Shown in pieces: positions 1 to 11,513 of a stretch of DNA of 20,000 nt. The notes under the pieces are model-generated. The model was given only the letters and a program-made list of their open reading frames with translations. It was not told the DNA's origin and made no database searches. Position numbers and translations under genes: made by a program. The DNA is from Trichoplax sp. H2 (taxonomy: Eukaryota), in NCBI GenBank assembly GCA_003344405.1, contig NOWV01000271.1:54246-74245 (forward strand). The letters run 5' to 3'. Numbering within the stretch: position 1 is the first letter of the stretch; every line of letters begins with the position of its first letter.

Positions 1-776
1 AATACTTAAATATTCAGCATGTAATAAGGTTACCAATTAGTTACAATTTCCAGGGTATATACTTGTATACTCGTACGGTGGACTCATAGCAAATCTACAA
101 AGATCTGCGAATGAATAATTACCACAAACCAGCTCTACGATTACATAGCGAAAAAGTGAAATCTATAAATAAATTTTCTCCTTAAATTATTGTACTTGTC
201 AGGGCATTAAAGTATATCTAAAAGTCAGTTGGGAGCACTTATCCCTAATTCAGTACATTCTCAGTGATTGGTACGCCTTTAATTTTACGTTAATTAAATA
301 CTACAATGAAGGTAAACTTTATTGTAAAAACAGTTGAGCTTATGTATGGTACCTTATTTTTGCGGTAGTTAGAACTTACAATTAGTATCGATAGCATCTA
401 TGAAATTAGGAAGTGAATTTATACCCTAAGATCTAATTAATATCATACGAGGCAATTTGATTACAATATGCTTACTCTCAAGATTACCAAGCCATAATAT
501 ATAATTGTTAAAGAGCTATGCTCTGAAATATTAATTGTTATATTAATTAAAATATCTCATTTAAATTATTGTTTGCTCCTGTAGCTTATTAGATATTAAT
601 GTTTATTAATAAGTACTTCTTATTGCCAAGGTATCAGAAAGTTCAATATTGTTGATGTGTCGGAGCTACCACGCTTAGTCTGTAAACGTTAATTAATAAC
701 ACCTTAAGTGTAAAGTCAATTACTTTGTAGAGCCTTGAGGCTCTAGTTGCTATACTAGGATATGTATACTGTACAG

Positions 777-1278
777 TGTAAGTCGCTATGTCAAGAATAT
801 TCACAAGTGCACCATCGGCGTTGGACGAGACTATAAAAAGCCGAACACTAGCTTAGCTGTTTAGTTCCAGTTGGTCACTTGCAGGATCTTTTGACTATTA
901 TTGCTAAGAATATTCGTACGTTTTTCTTTAGTACATTTTACGACTAAGTTTAACGAAAACAAAGTGAAGTATTTAAACCTATTACTCATTAGTAGCTTAT
1001 TTGTGTAGCTGAGAGTTAGTTTAACTACGATAGGTCCCTAAGTTAGTTGGGAACACGAGTACTAGTGAAGACAGTCTTTAAGACCCGGTTTCTTGTTACA
1101 AAGGAGATTTTTAACAATAATCGAATATGAATTAGTCACGTATAATATTACATCACTAGACGTATTAGCTAAGAAATTATAATTAGCACTTTTATTAGTA
1201 CAATTAGCACAATAAGTGTCTTTTAATAATTAACTATAATTCCAAATTAGTTGGAATTAGTCACGATTACGTATTACA
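777..1278 (+). mobile_element. Possible solo LTR
   Basis: TGTAA...TTACA termini, near-identical flanks GTACAG / GTACAA, TATAAAAAG at 832-840, and an internal duplication GAATTAGTCACG...TATTACA at 1129 and 1254. Confidence 0.3.
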
Positions 1279-1422
1279 GTACAAGGCGTTTAAAGTATAA
1301 AATATTTTGTAATGTAATAAATAAACTATTTCGCTAAGCATCGCGCATTGCGGTGAGATAGTATCGGCGTAACAATCTACTTGTTAAAGTGGGGATTGAT
1401 CAACAGTAATAAAAAGTTTGCA

Positions 1423-1462
1423 GCAACAGATGCGAAAGCATCCGTTGTATAAGTTTCACTAG
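1423..1462 (+). mobile_element. Helitron-like 3' terminus (hairpin + CTAG)
   Basis: GCAACAGATGC-GAAA-GCATCCGTTGT hairpin (1423-1448; one mismatch, one G-T pair) followed 10 nt later by CTAG (1459-1462). The next base is A rather than the canonical T. Confidence 0.4.
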
Positions 1463-1758
1463 ATATCTCACTAGAATTAGTAAGTTGATTTTACAGCCTT
1501 TTGAGAGATTCAACGCTGTATCCGTATGCATAAGTCAACATATTTTACTAATATTAAGAAATTGGTTAATTAAATGGTAAAAGTTTGATTTCTCTGCAGA
1601 GATTGCCTAACAGTTTTAACGCTAAAATTAAATCTAGGGAAAGGTATCTCAGAGTAGGTAACGTACAGCTGGATGAAATATCTTTCTTGAGCAACTCTTA
1701 GATCTGATGCACTAAGGTATTAATTAATTTTACTATAAACCCTGAGATTGATTTTAAG

Positions 1759-2010
1759 ATTGTGACTATGTCGGTATTGTTTTGCTTCAAGGTATTCCAT
1801 GATTTCATCATGAAAGCCAAAGTTAAGTCAAATAATTGCGACTATCTCGACATTGTTTGCTATAAGATATTGAAAAATTTTACCCTAGATACTTAGATTA
1901 GGTTTACGAACGTGACTACGAATGTATCGCCATTGTTTGGTTTTTTTGAAGGGTATTTTAATAATTTAGCTGTAAATATGGAGTTTTAGTCTACAATTGA
2001 GACTATTTCA
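1759..2010 (+). repeat. Degenerate tandem repeat, 3-4 units of ~75-87 bp
   Basis: Recurrent unit heads: attgtgactatgtcggtattgttttgcttcaaggtatt (1759), attgcgactatctcgacattgtttgctataagatatt (1835), aacgtgactacg..tatcgccattgtttgg..gaagggtatt (1909), attgagactatttcagcttgctcgcta (1996). Confidence 0.6.
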
Positions 2011-2245
2011 GCTTGCTCGCTAACCAAAATAACCTTATTACCTATTCCATAATTACCTTTAGGAGCGAATTTACAGGTACAGTGTCTTATTACTCACTTG
2101 TCACTGTACGCGTATTTTAATCTTACTTTATTCAACACCTCTTAAAAATAATTTTCTTTTAAGTTCAGAAAATCATTGTGAAGAATCAATATCAGATTAA
2201 GGACTGTCGCTAAGGCATTAATGCCTATTTATATCAGATGAGAGA

Positions 2246-4350
2246 ATGTTGAAAGTTGTCACTTTAGCTTCTAATGTTAGACTGATTCTATTTTCGGCTG
2301 TTGATAATGAAATTTCAGCAAAGAATTGAAATAGTCAAAAATAAAACAAACGAGACATTTCATCGGAGAATAATGCTTCAAGATGATAATTTAACCGAAG
2401 TTCTGGTAATTGTACCTCTTATAATTGCAGTTTAATACAGACAAAATCAATTGACCGGGGTATTCACCAAAAATGTTTCTAAAATTAAAAGTATTATTAA
2501 CGTATCAATATGTTCGGGAGGACTTTGTTATTTCCAGGTATTCACTGCGCAGTATCATTAATATATAAGAATTCATTATTGGCGATATTGACTACGATAT
2601 AGCAGATAAACCCGCAGTGAAGGTGACGGAGATAGCTACCAGTATTTCTAAAAATTTACAATCCGTAGAATCGATAAAAATGTTATTCATCAGTTACTAT
2701 TTAAATATGGAGGAAAAAATTTTTGTTTTACGGTAATTAAAGACGTGAATATAAAAACTAGTAATTTGTTTGCGGATTAAATGGTCCAAATAGATTTAGT
2801 TTAAATAACCTGAATTAGCGATTGTGTTTGTCTAGAATCGACATTCTAGTAACTGCTACACTTCCTAACTTTAGTAATTTACAACATTACCGTATGGACG
2901 TCTTTGTCACTCTATATTTTATCGCCATGAATGAGAACCGTTTAAAGACTATACTTGTAGAACAAATTATTAAAAATTCATGTGGAATCAACTTAGACGA
3001 ATTTTTCTTGAATTATGACAGTGATATCGATATGATATTTTATAACGAGATAGATAGAACATTAAGTATGATGATGCTATATATGGTGTCTAATTATACT
3101 AGGCGATAAGAGTTTTAAGAGTTTAGGATGCAAAATGAAAATTTCTTCATGATGACTCTATTTCTTGGAAAATGTATCTTATGATAGATGTTAATACATA
3201 ATTTGATTCAGCGATTTACGGTAAACGCCTTTAAGCTCGAGTATGCTTCATAAATGCGAATAAAAATCAGCGAGATTAAAATGGAAGTAGTTAGTACAAT
3301 AGAATCGAAACTTAAAATGGCGCAGAATTTATTTCATAAAATCAAAATGGATAAATTTTCTAAATTATACGTATTAAAGATATTATAATAAAATTGTAAC
3401 AAAATTAAATCAATTAAAGTCAGCATTAGAGGTAATCATTATCATGGCTGATCGAATCTCCTAAATAGTTGAAGCCGAAGGCATTGACATCAGCATAACA
3501 TTTTATTATTTTGCGAGATGATTATTATAATACTCCATTCGTTAATAAATAACCAATTTCGAATGATAGAACAATTGTTAGAGAGGCAGTAAGGTTTAGA
3601 GTCCCTGAAGCATGGTGTATTAATTTCTTCAAGATAAAGGCACTAAAAGTTTTTGTTCACGCAAGGTCTAAAACGGAAAGTATTTGAAACTTATACTATT
3701 ATTTCGCTGTCTGCAATTTTGTTCATAGGCAAAAATCATTTCGTGCCGTATTCTTTATGCAAGACTAGGCTATTACCTATGTGAAATGAATATTTCATGT
3801 TCCTCCTATTAATAACATTCACTACAATGATCCTGTTATGTTTTGGTGTCCGAGTCTGGGGCCCGATTGCTTCCTTACAAGATAATGACTTACAAAACAT
3901 TTTACCAGGAAATAAATTTCATTTTAGACATATTTTTCTCAGTTGTTATTTTTAAAAGCCTTGAAGTATGTTAAATTTTAAAAGGTCATTGAATTATGAG
4001 AGACTTGTCTAAGAAGAAGACATAAAGCATATGGATCTTTTTTTCTCAATATTTACTGGTTGATGGTAGTCTTTCACCAAGCTACTGTAAAGCTTAATTT
4101 AGTCGCTCTTCCTATACTTTAATTTGAACGGCGATTTGAAAGAACCATACGGTTGATAGAAATGTATGTTAAGTGCACAAAACGTAGTTAAAGCTATTAG
4201 AACATTAAGTTGTTCCGATGTTATTAGCAAGAAAACACTTTTAAAATAATTTTAAATTAAATGAGGATATTATAATTCGAGAAGGAAAGAAAAAATTATT
4301 TAAAATGTTGTCTGTATACCAAGACTAACAATAGTACTGATTTAGATATT
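2246..4350 (+). mobile_element. Decayed non-LTR retrotransposon ORF2 remnant (L1/Tx1-like APE endonuclease + start of RT region)
   Basis: Collinear degenerate motifs: MLKVVTLASNVR (2246-2281; ~NVRGL), IMLQDDNLT (2370-2396; ~LQETHL), RY..SIINI* (2536-2568; ~NIY), ISYYLN (2689-2706; ~GGDLN), SRID (2831-2842), SLGPDCF (3853-3873; ~SPGPDGF), then YKTFYQEINFILDIFF (3891-3938; ~FYxxFxxEIxxxL). The 95-aa track ORF at 2822-3109 is a fragment of this. No YADD/FADD core seen; boundaries approximate. Confidence 0.5.
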
Positions 4351-6362
4351 TTAAGCCATTAATAAAATATACAAACTAGTAATTTATCTAGTGGAATTCA
4401 AAATTAATGTGAATACTCCTGCCTGTGAGATATTACCTTATTCAGTTAATGATTTAGTAAGCGATATTGGCTTATCAATTACAATTTACAGCCGATTGGC
4501 TCAAGCCTAAGAAAAACTTTGGTGATAGATTCTCTGAGTAGTCAGAGAGAGAGCTAGACCTCAAATGCTTAGACAATACTGAAAATTAAATTTATTATAT
4601 TACAATAGAGCAAAGTTTAATAAATAAAAACATAATTATTTTTTTCTTCGTATTAATTTCATCTTATTATAACTCGAAACCTATCACAGTAAATATTAAC
4701 TTCGAATTGAATATTTTCTGCATTCGAAAGGAAAAGCTATACGTTAGACCTATATTTTGTTGACTGTATTGTAAATTCGAGAAATATAATTTTACTTAAC
4801 TTGAAAATTAATCAGGGAATCTTTAGTAGAAATACATATGCTGATTTTGATTGATACTTATATCATAATTAAGTGTTATCGGGAACCATTGCTACCTATA
4901 CCTTTAACTGTAAGCGTTGGAATTCCTCTAAGGTTTTAGTGGGTCTTAATAATGCTCACAAAATATGGCAGAACATTTCAGTTTGAGCACTTATAACAAC
5001 TACCTTGCCTATTGGAAATAAACTTATCTATGTTGCGATTTTAAATGTTATGTAATAGATATGATCATTTACAATAAGCACAAGTAAGCTGCTGTGGAGC
5101 ATAAACAAATTTAAAATTATTCTTTCGAGAGCTTTAACTAATAGATCTGGAATAACTTCATTACGGTATCTGCATAACGGAAATAGTTTTTTATTTCCAT
5201 TCTTAATATCAGAATTTTGCGTCAGATAGTTTCTCTATTAGCGTCTCAAAAGCATTTATCGTAAAGATATCTACAATATTTTAGAAATATAAAGAAGACT
5301 GAAAAGCATGTTATGTATCTTTAATAATTAACTCAATCTTTAGTAAGATATTCGGTATTCTATCGTAAATCTTCAATTGTAGCACCATATTTTGAAGTAT
5401 ATTACCGGAACATCCAGCTTACAACTATTGTGTTTTCCACACTATGAAAGCAATTCTAGAGTATTTATCTTGTCATATACTTCTAATACCTACGTGATAC
5501 GGTTACACGCACGTTTTACTTTTATTTTAACATAGTTATTTGACTGGAACAATTCGTTTGTTTAGCCGTATCCTAAAATGATTTTTCTAACGCTAACTAT
5601 AATAAATATTACTATTTCCTTATTAATAATTAATCATTTGTATGTTCTTGCCGTTATAACGGGCTCCTAATCTTCCGAAACGTCGCAATTTTACGACAAT
5701 ACGATTTGTACGTTGCTATTGGTTCTGGTTATTTACCTTAGTATTCATCGATAATTTTCATCATTCGTTTGTTGTAGAATAGTAAGATATAGTATATACT
5801 TAAGTAAAGCCAAACTTAATAGACTGCTATTGGTGATATTGGTAATTACTTATTAAATGTACTACCAACTACATGTAGTTTAAGATATAATTTAATTTCT
5901 TGCTTTGTTAAGACTTTTGTAAGGTTGTGAAAGTGTATTAACTTTGTCTAACTCAACTGTTATTATCAAATAGATTTATTATACAGAAAAAGAATACCCC
6001 ATATATATACATAATGGATGAATTGTTAACGAAAAATTAAATGTTTAAAATTATCCCAATGAGTTTAAAGTTATCAATAATTCATAGTAAATATTCATAG
6101 ATGCGTAACAGCATTATACGATATGATTATTTTACTTAGTAATACCTCTACAGCTTAATTGATGTAATTATTATTTTTTTAAGTGGCAGTATGCAATTCT
6201 TACTATAACTAAATAATTGAAAATAGATAAATGTTCCAATAATTACTAAACGTAACTTTTAATCAAGATACAATTACTTTATAGGTAAACAAGCTCCATC
6301 GAATTTAATTTAGAATAGGAGTATCTCAAATAAGATAGATTGGGAAATTAATTAACTAATGT

Positions 6363-6550
6363 ATTGTCACAAACTAGCTTCGAGACAAAGATAACGTAAA
6401 ACAAATCTCTAAATTACTGTAGTCTCCAGGATTCAGTATCCCTTAACTATCTCACAAGAATTTAGGCGCCTTTCTTTCTACGTTAGGCAACTATAGAAAT
6501 CTGCTTTATTTAACTATCTGCCGAGCTTAAATACGCTTCGGCAGCTGCTA
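6363..6550 (+). repeat. Dispersed ~190-bp repeat, copy A (inverted relative to 15597-15782)
   Basis: Shares exact collinear blocks with the reverse complement of 15597-15782: ATTGTCACAAACTAG, CAAATCTCTAAATT, GGATTCAGTAT, CTCACAAGA, ATCTGCCGAGCTTAAATAC. Confidence 0.9.
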
Positions 6551-7049
6551 TCATGCATGAGTCATGACAGTTCATGAAATTTAGTTCATATTGGATAGCT
6601 AAATTAATACAGAAATTATTCATAATCTTAGATATGTACTGAACGATTCTAGATAATTAGATTACAGTATGTCCATACACAGAATTATATATAGTATCTT
6701 CTGTAATTGAATATCTTCAGGATATTTATCACAAGCGTTACAAGACGTAACACTATAATCAATTAACATTAGTTACCTTATGAGAACTCTTTCTACAGTG
6801 TAGCATAATTTACTGTAATAAAATACTAACTACCGTACTTCTTACTGTTAGTCATTATTAGTTATCTCCATATATAAATGTTAAACACTAAATTTAGTCA
6901 TTTACTCTTCACGGTAGTTTGCACTGTGACAGGTATTAATGATTGTTAAAAAAATTTGTTTTAGTTACTTAAAGCCAGTGGTATGTATCGCGTATAATCG
7001 AGCGAATTAGATAGCTATAGGTCCATGCCCGATAGTCCCTTTATTATAG

Positions 7050-8260
7050 TGAATAATTTTAGCTATGGATTAAGGTAACTTGTTCTCCTTTTTTGACTAC
7101 TTCAAGGTATGTTATGAGCTTAACGCAAGTGCACGTAAATTGGGTAATTTAATTTTTTAGGCAAACATTATTTTGATCACATTACCTACGTAGCTTCTAC
7201 TATCGGCGCTTAAGCTGTAATCGAAATAATGAGCTCATACCCAGGTTTAATGAATTAATAAATTTTTTAAATTTTTGAAGCCCTAAATATTTTTCAGTAT
7301 ATTTTTTCCTTGCAGAATCTTACGGAATAGAACAGATGCTAATTCAATTTTCTTATTTATTAATAAATATAAAGCCGAATACTACTGGTGCAAAATATTC
7401 TATGTTAACAAGCTCATTAATTGCTGGGTATATGAATTAAAGTGAGGATTGGTTAAGATACCTTCGAATTAAAAATATCTTCTAGATGTTATTAAGAGTA
7501 ATAAATGAGCACAGTGATTAATTATCAATAGTTTTGAAAGCTAATATTTAAGGATGTTAATGAAAAATAATTAAATGCAGAAAAAGCAGCTCGAATTATC
7601 TTCAAAATTCCTGATTGTATCTAAATTGTTGGAATTTATAGTCTAATGTCGATCTTAAGGCTAACGCTCATTAAACATAATGTAGTCTGCCCATGATTTA
7701 TCAATATACCAAAATTCACTGGCAGGTCTTCTCAAATTAACTTTAGATAGTAAAAGCGGGGAAAAATTTCTAAAGTGTGTCAGTTTTCAAGAAATGTTGT
7801 TACGAATATTACTAGAAATTGATAAAGTCTATTGTAAAATAAATAAATTTTTAATAAGTCGATATTAATTGCAAAAGTCGAATCTGACCAAAACAGCTGC
7901 TTCTATAATGAGCTACTAGTAATAGCAACAGATTAATTTAGTGCATCAAACTAACCGTAAAAGAAAAGATAGCACAGCAAGAAAGTTTGGACTGGATTTT
8001 GTTGCGAAGTCATCTTTAACACACTTGCGAGGATTTTGCATGCGGTTGCTGGTAAAGATTCTAACGATAAGAGTTAATTTAACAGTATTGTGGATTTAAA
8101 TGAAAAGAAATAGCTCAAATATCAAGATACAATGACAAGCTGACAGAAAGAGTCTAAATTAAAATATGAATAGATCTCAGACCTTTTCAAAATTTTGGAA
8201 GACTATTGATAATTACAGCATTCTGCTTCTCCTAGAGTTTAACCATGAAGCGACTGTTTT
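7050..8260 (+). mobile_element. Heavily decayed hAT-superfamily transposase remnant (ZMYM1/ZNF862-like type)
   Basis: Collinear degenerate motifs across stops and frameshifts: LAMD* (7059-7073; DE with GAA>TAA), RYV (7105-7113), NFLG (7151-7162), INCWVYELK (7416-7442; ~IHCxAHxLN), NCW (7624-7632; ~TRW, 68 codons after the CxxH-like motif), and SASP-R...MKRL (8222-8256; ~SASxERSFSxMKR dimerization motif). No TIRs or TSD identified; boundaries approximate. Confidence 0.62.
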
Positions 8261-9314
8261 AATTTAATATCAACTAATTACTTCGTATTTTTAATTTTAG
8301 CTTCCTGTGACGAGGAATAAATAATTTTGCATTCAGATCTAATTCTATTCAGAACTTAGACTGTAAAAAACAAGAAAATTCGGCTCGAACAATAGCACTA
8401 TCAATAACAGTTTATTGTTTTTACTTTATTGATTTCATTCAATTCAATAATTTTAGATTGTGATATATACCGATCACGAAATTCCAAATTTTAGAAAAAT
8501 AAGGGCTTTATTGAATCTTAAACAAAGATTAACTACACACAGCTCTACTCTAGCCGAATACTACCACTAAAGACTTCTACAACGAACTAACAGAATAATC
8601 TAAAGTTGCATGCTTTCATACTTTTCGTAGCATTTGCAGCTATAATCCGCACGACAACCTTTTACCTTATTTTACACATAGTTAAATTATTCTTACTAAC
8701 ACTATTCTACTGCAGACCATCATTAATCTGATATGAATACGACTACAGCATTTACGTAGACATTATTCACACCAGCCAAAGTACAATGAATTAACAATAT
8801 CCTAATATATGATTTACGGTTCTATTTTTACCTATAACCTTATTAGTAACTCAACACCTTACTGTATATAGTCATCTGTAGTCGAGTATAGAGTCTATAT
8901 CACTACAGTCTATAGTTATAGCTACCAAATATCTTTTAGGATAAATATAGAAGTTACGCTACCGTACATTATACTGAACATGGCGAACACTCTACAATCA
9001 CAATACTAAGTTACATTACATAGATATTCATAATTTTATTGGTAATCAATTCTTCGTACTTAAGTAAAGGCCATCAATAAGGTCCAAAAATCAACATAGG
9101 ATATTAGACCAGTATTACATCATAATAAGTAGTTAAGGCAACTTAAATAGAATGATCGTATTGTTTTAGTGAATATAAATTTATGAATTGCGGTAAATTA
9201 ACTATCCAAATCACTTTCTAAAATACAAAAGGAATAGTAACAAAATTGCTCTTACTTGTATAACTATATTTGTCCTGAGTCGATTGGTTTTTTGTAATAA
9301 AATTGATTTTCTTC

Positions 9315-9465
9315 TTAACGAGTAATTTTTGATTGCAATTTTATCCGAGTATTATCACATGCGATTAATTTGGCTCCCTGATATCGATTTATAATTCAGA
9401 GATACGCGTAAAAGAACACTACGATAATAAATATTGTATTATCTATAAAATCCATTACTCGTTAA
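9315..9465. repeat. 151-bp segment bounded by a perfect 12-bp inverted repeat (MITE-like)
   Basis: TTAACGAGTAAT (9315-9326) and ATTACTCGTTAA (9454-9465), with weaker internal complementarity continuing inward. Confidence 0.45.
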
Positions 9466-11374
9466 AGATTTATTAATATTAAAATAGCCACAATATCCGG
9501 TACTAGAGCTGAAAGAACCAGTCTAGATAATATATATATAAAATGTAAATGTGCTATTGAAGCTTTAGGTGACTTTGAACTGATAATCATAAAGCTAATT
9601 AAGTTCATTTTCGAAGAAAAACTTGCCTTTTATGTAGAATGGTAGATAAAAGCTTTAATTATTTAAGCTAGACTAATAATGGAATAACTGGACCGTAAAT
9701 GTTAATTACGGCTTCGGTAAAGTCACAATAATAAAAGTTCAATCCTAATTTTATCAATTTTTATTGTTTTCTAATATCTTCAAGTCTGGCAAATTATAGT
9801 ATAGTAGAATATGGTTAACTTTAACTTATTACCAATGCTATAGCTTATAACGAAGTTTTCATTGCCATGAATCTAATGTGATCATATTTAGTTACATCAA
9901 GTTTGAAACATTTGCTTTAGATTTCTAATAAAAATTGATTACACAAATAGGGGTAATCTTTTGTCTACTAAAATATCGTACCTACCGGTAAAGATTTGCA
10001 CTACATTAAATGCTGTTAGTCGATCATCCAATTTAAATTAAAAATTGTCTACTTAGTGGTGCTTAAGTAGGAACAAGATTATTATTTATAGATTACATAA
10101 GTAGATTAAAAATCGTCGGGTCAATCTATACTTAAAAATTTACATAACTACGTAGATGTTATCAGCTGCGAATTATTAACGCAAACTTGGTACAACCAGT
10201 AAACTTGTTGACATCAACACTTATAGAATTTCATTTAGCTAGGTGACTCTCTTTTCAAAGGTAGCATTTTTAGATAATGACTTTAGGCATATTATTCCAA
10301 TTAAAATATCATCAAAATACGGTAGCGACATATAGCGAGCTTAATGATTAATTTGAATTTGCTTATAAATAATCACCAATTTTTCTTACATTAGTACATA
10401 AATGTATTTTAATCACTTTGCTTACTATGATTTTAGTTTAATATTACTGCATTATTAAATGAAAAGTAATGTCACAGTTGGATACAGATTATGGTATATT
10501 TCATAAAACTGTGACTATAATTAAAATCCTATCGCTCTTGATTTTAGCTCCAATATCGTTAGTATTAAATTATTGTTAAATACAATTATGTGTTAAATTA
10601 ATGGTCAATTGTTACAAAACAACTTTGCAACAAGATAACGTAATATACGATCAATACGGCGATTCCCTGAACCACGTATTAGGGAGCAATATTTACTCTT
10701 TTAGGAATACTTTTCCTATACTAGTAGACTATAAGCGGATTTAGACGCTTCGTATCTTACGTTAAACACTAATCTTAAGAACTCTCGTTATTTATATGAT
10801 ATATCGCATTTTATACTCTTTTACAATAGCAAAGGCATCCTAGTTAGTAATATTATCGTTGAAATCTGCTAATGAATCAAAAGTTTCTTTTATCTTCAGC
10901 TACCTAATGAAGACAGCAGTATTTATGAACTTAGAAATCGAATGACTAATACAAATTTTTTTGGACTACAATATGTCCTTGTGAAAGTGTTATATACTGT
11001 ATTAAAGTAGAAGTATCTATGTTAGGATAAATTTGTTAGACTATCTTTATTTAGTTAACTTCTATTTTGGATATACTGTGTTTTAATATAGCACTAGCTT
11101 TCTATGACAGTGACATTTATGTATATACTGAAATTAATAGTTATATTAGGGAATGTGAATTATCTACTTCCAGTTCGAATCATTGTGATTATAACTTACT
11201 TATAGTAGATTGTAAATTATCGTGGAAATGTACTATGATAGGATATATCGTAATCTGACTATTCTCAATTAGTTATCAGATGTCTATGATCGTAAATACT
11301 GCTGTCTACATTAGGGAGTAGTAGCTAAAATTAATGTCTAATTCAGTGATTGATTCCAAAGTTAATCGTACTAT

Positions 11375-11513
11375 CTATGACTCATCAACTATTGAGGAAA
11401 ATATACTGTATAAACGCAATATATCGTTTAATAAAGTTAATTCTTAAAATTAGTGTTTAACGTAAAATACGAGGCGTCTAAGTCTTTGTGTAGTCTGTTA
11501 GTAGAGTAAAAGT
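11375..11513 (+). repeat. Dispersed ~140-bp direct repeat, copy A
   Basis: CTATGACTCATcAACTATTGAGGAA...TTAGTGTTTAACGTAAAATACGAGGCGTcTAAGTCTTTGTGTAGTCTGtTAGTAGAGtAAAAGT matches 19855-19990. Confidence 0.92.

Noticed and set aside
1620..1730. NLR/ribonuclease-inhibitor-type LRR pseudogene (..MKYLS*A..)
   Set aside because: Only one weak motif with stops, and no 28-aa periodicity.
2572..2600. FIIGDIDYD as the endonuclease GDFN motif
   Set aside because: Spacing relative to LQD and SRID fits worse than the alternative at ~2689-2706; kept only as an ambiguous alternative.
2822..3109. 95-aa ORF as a standalone gene
   Set aside because: TTG start in a eukaryotic context; better explained as an open fragment of the decayed LINE-like ORF2 (contains SRID).
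3595..3630. FRVPE..GVL as the RT GVPQG motif
   Set aside because: Lies upstream of the GPD motif, which is the wrong order for an RT domain.
11067..11258. 63-aa ORF
   Set aside because: TTG start, no recognisable motif or splice support; consistent with a chance ORF.
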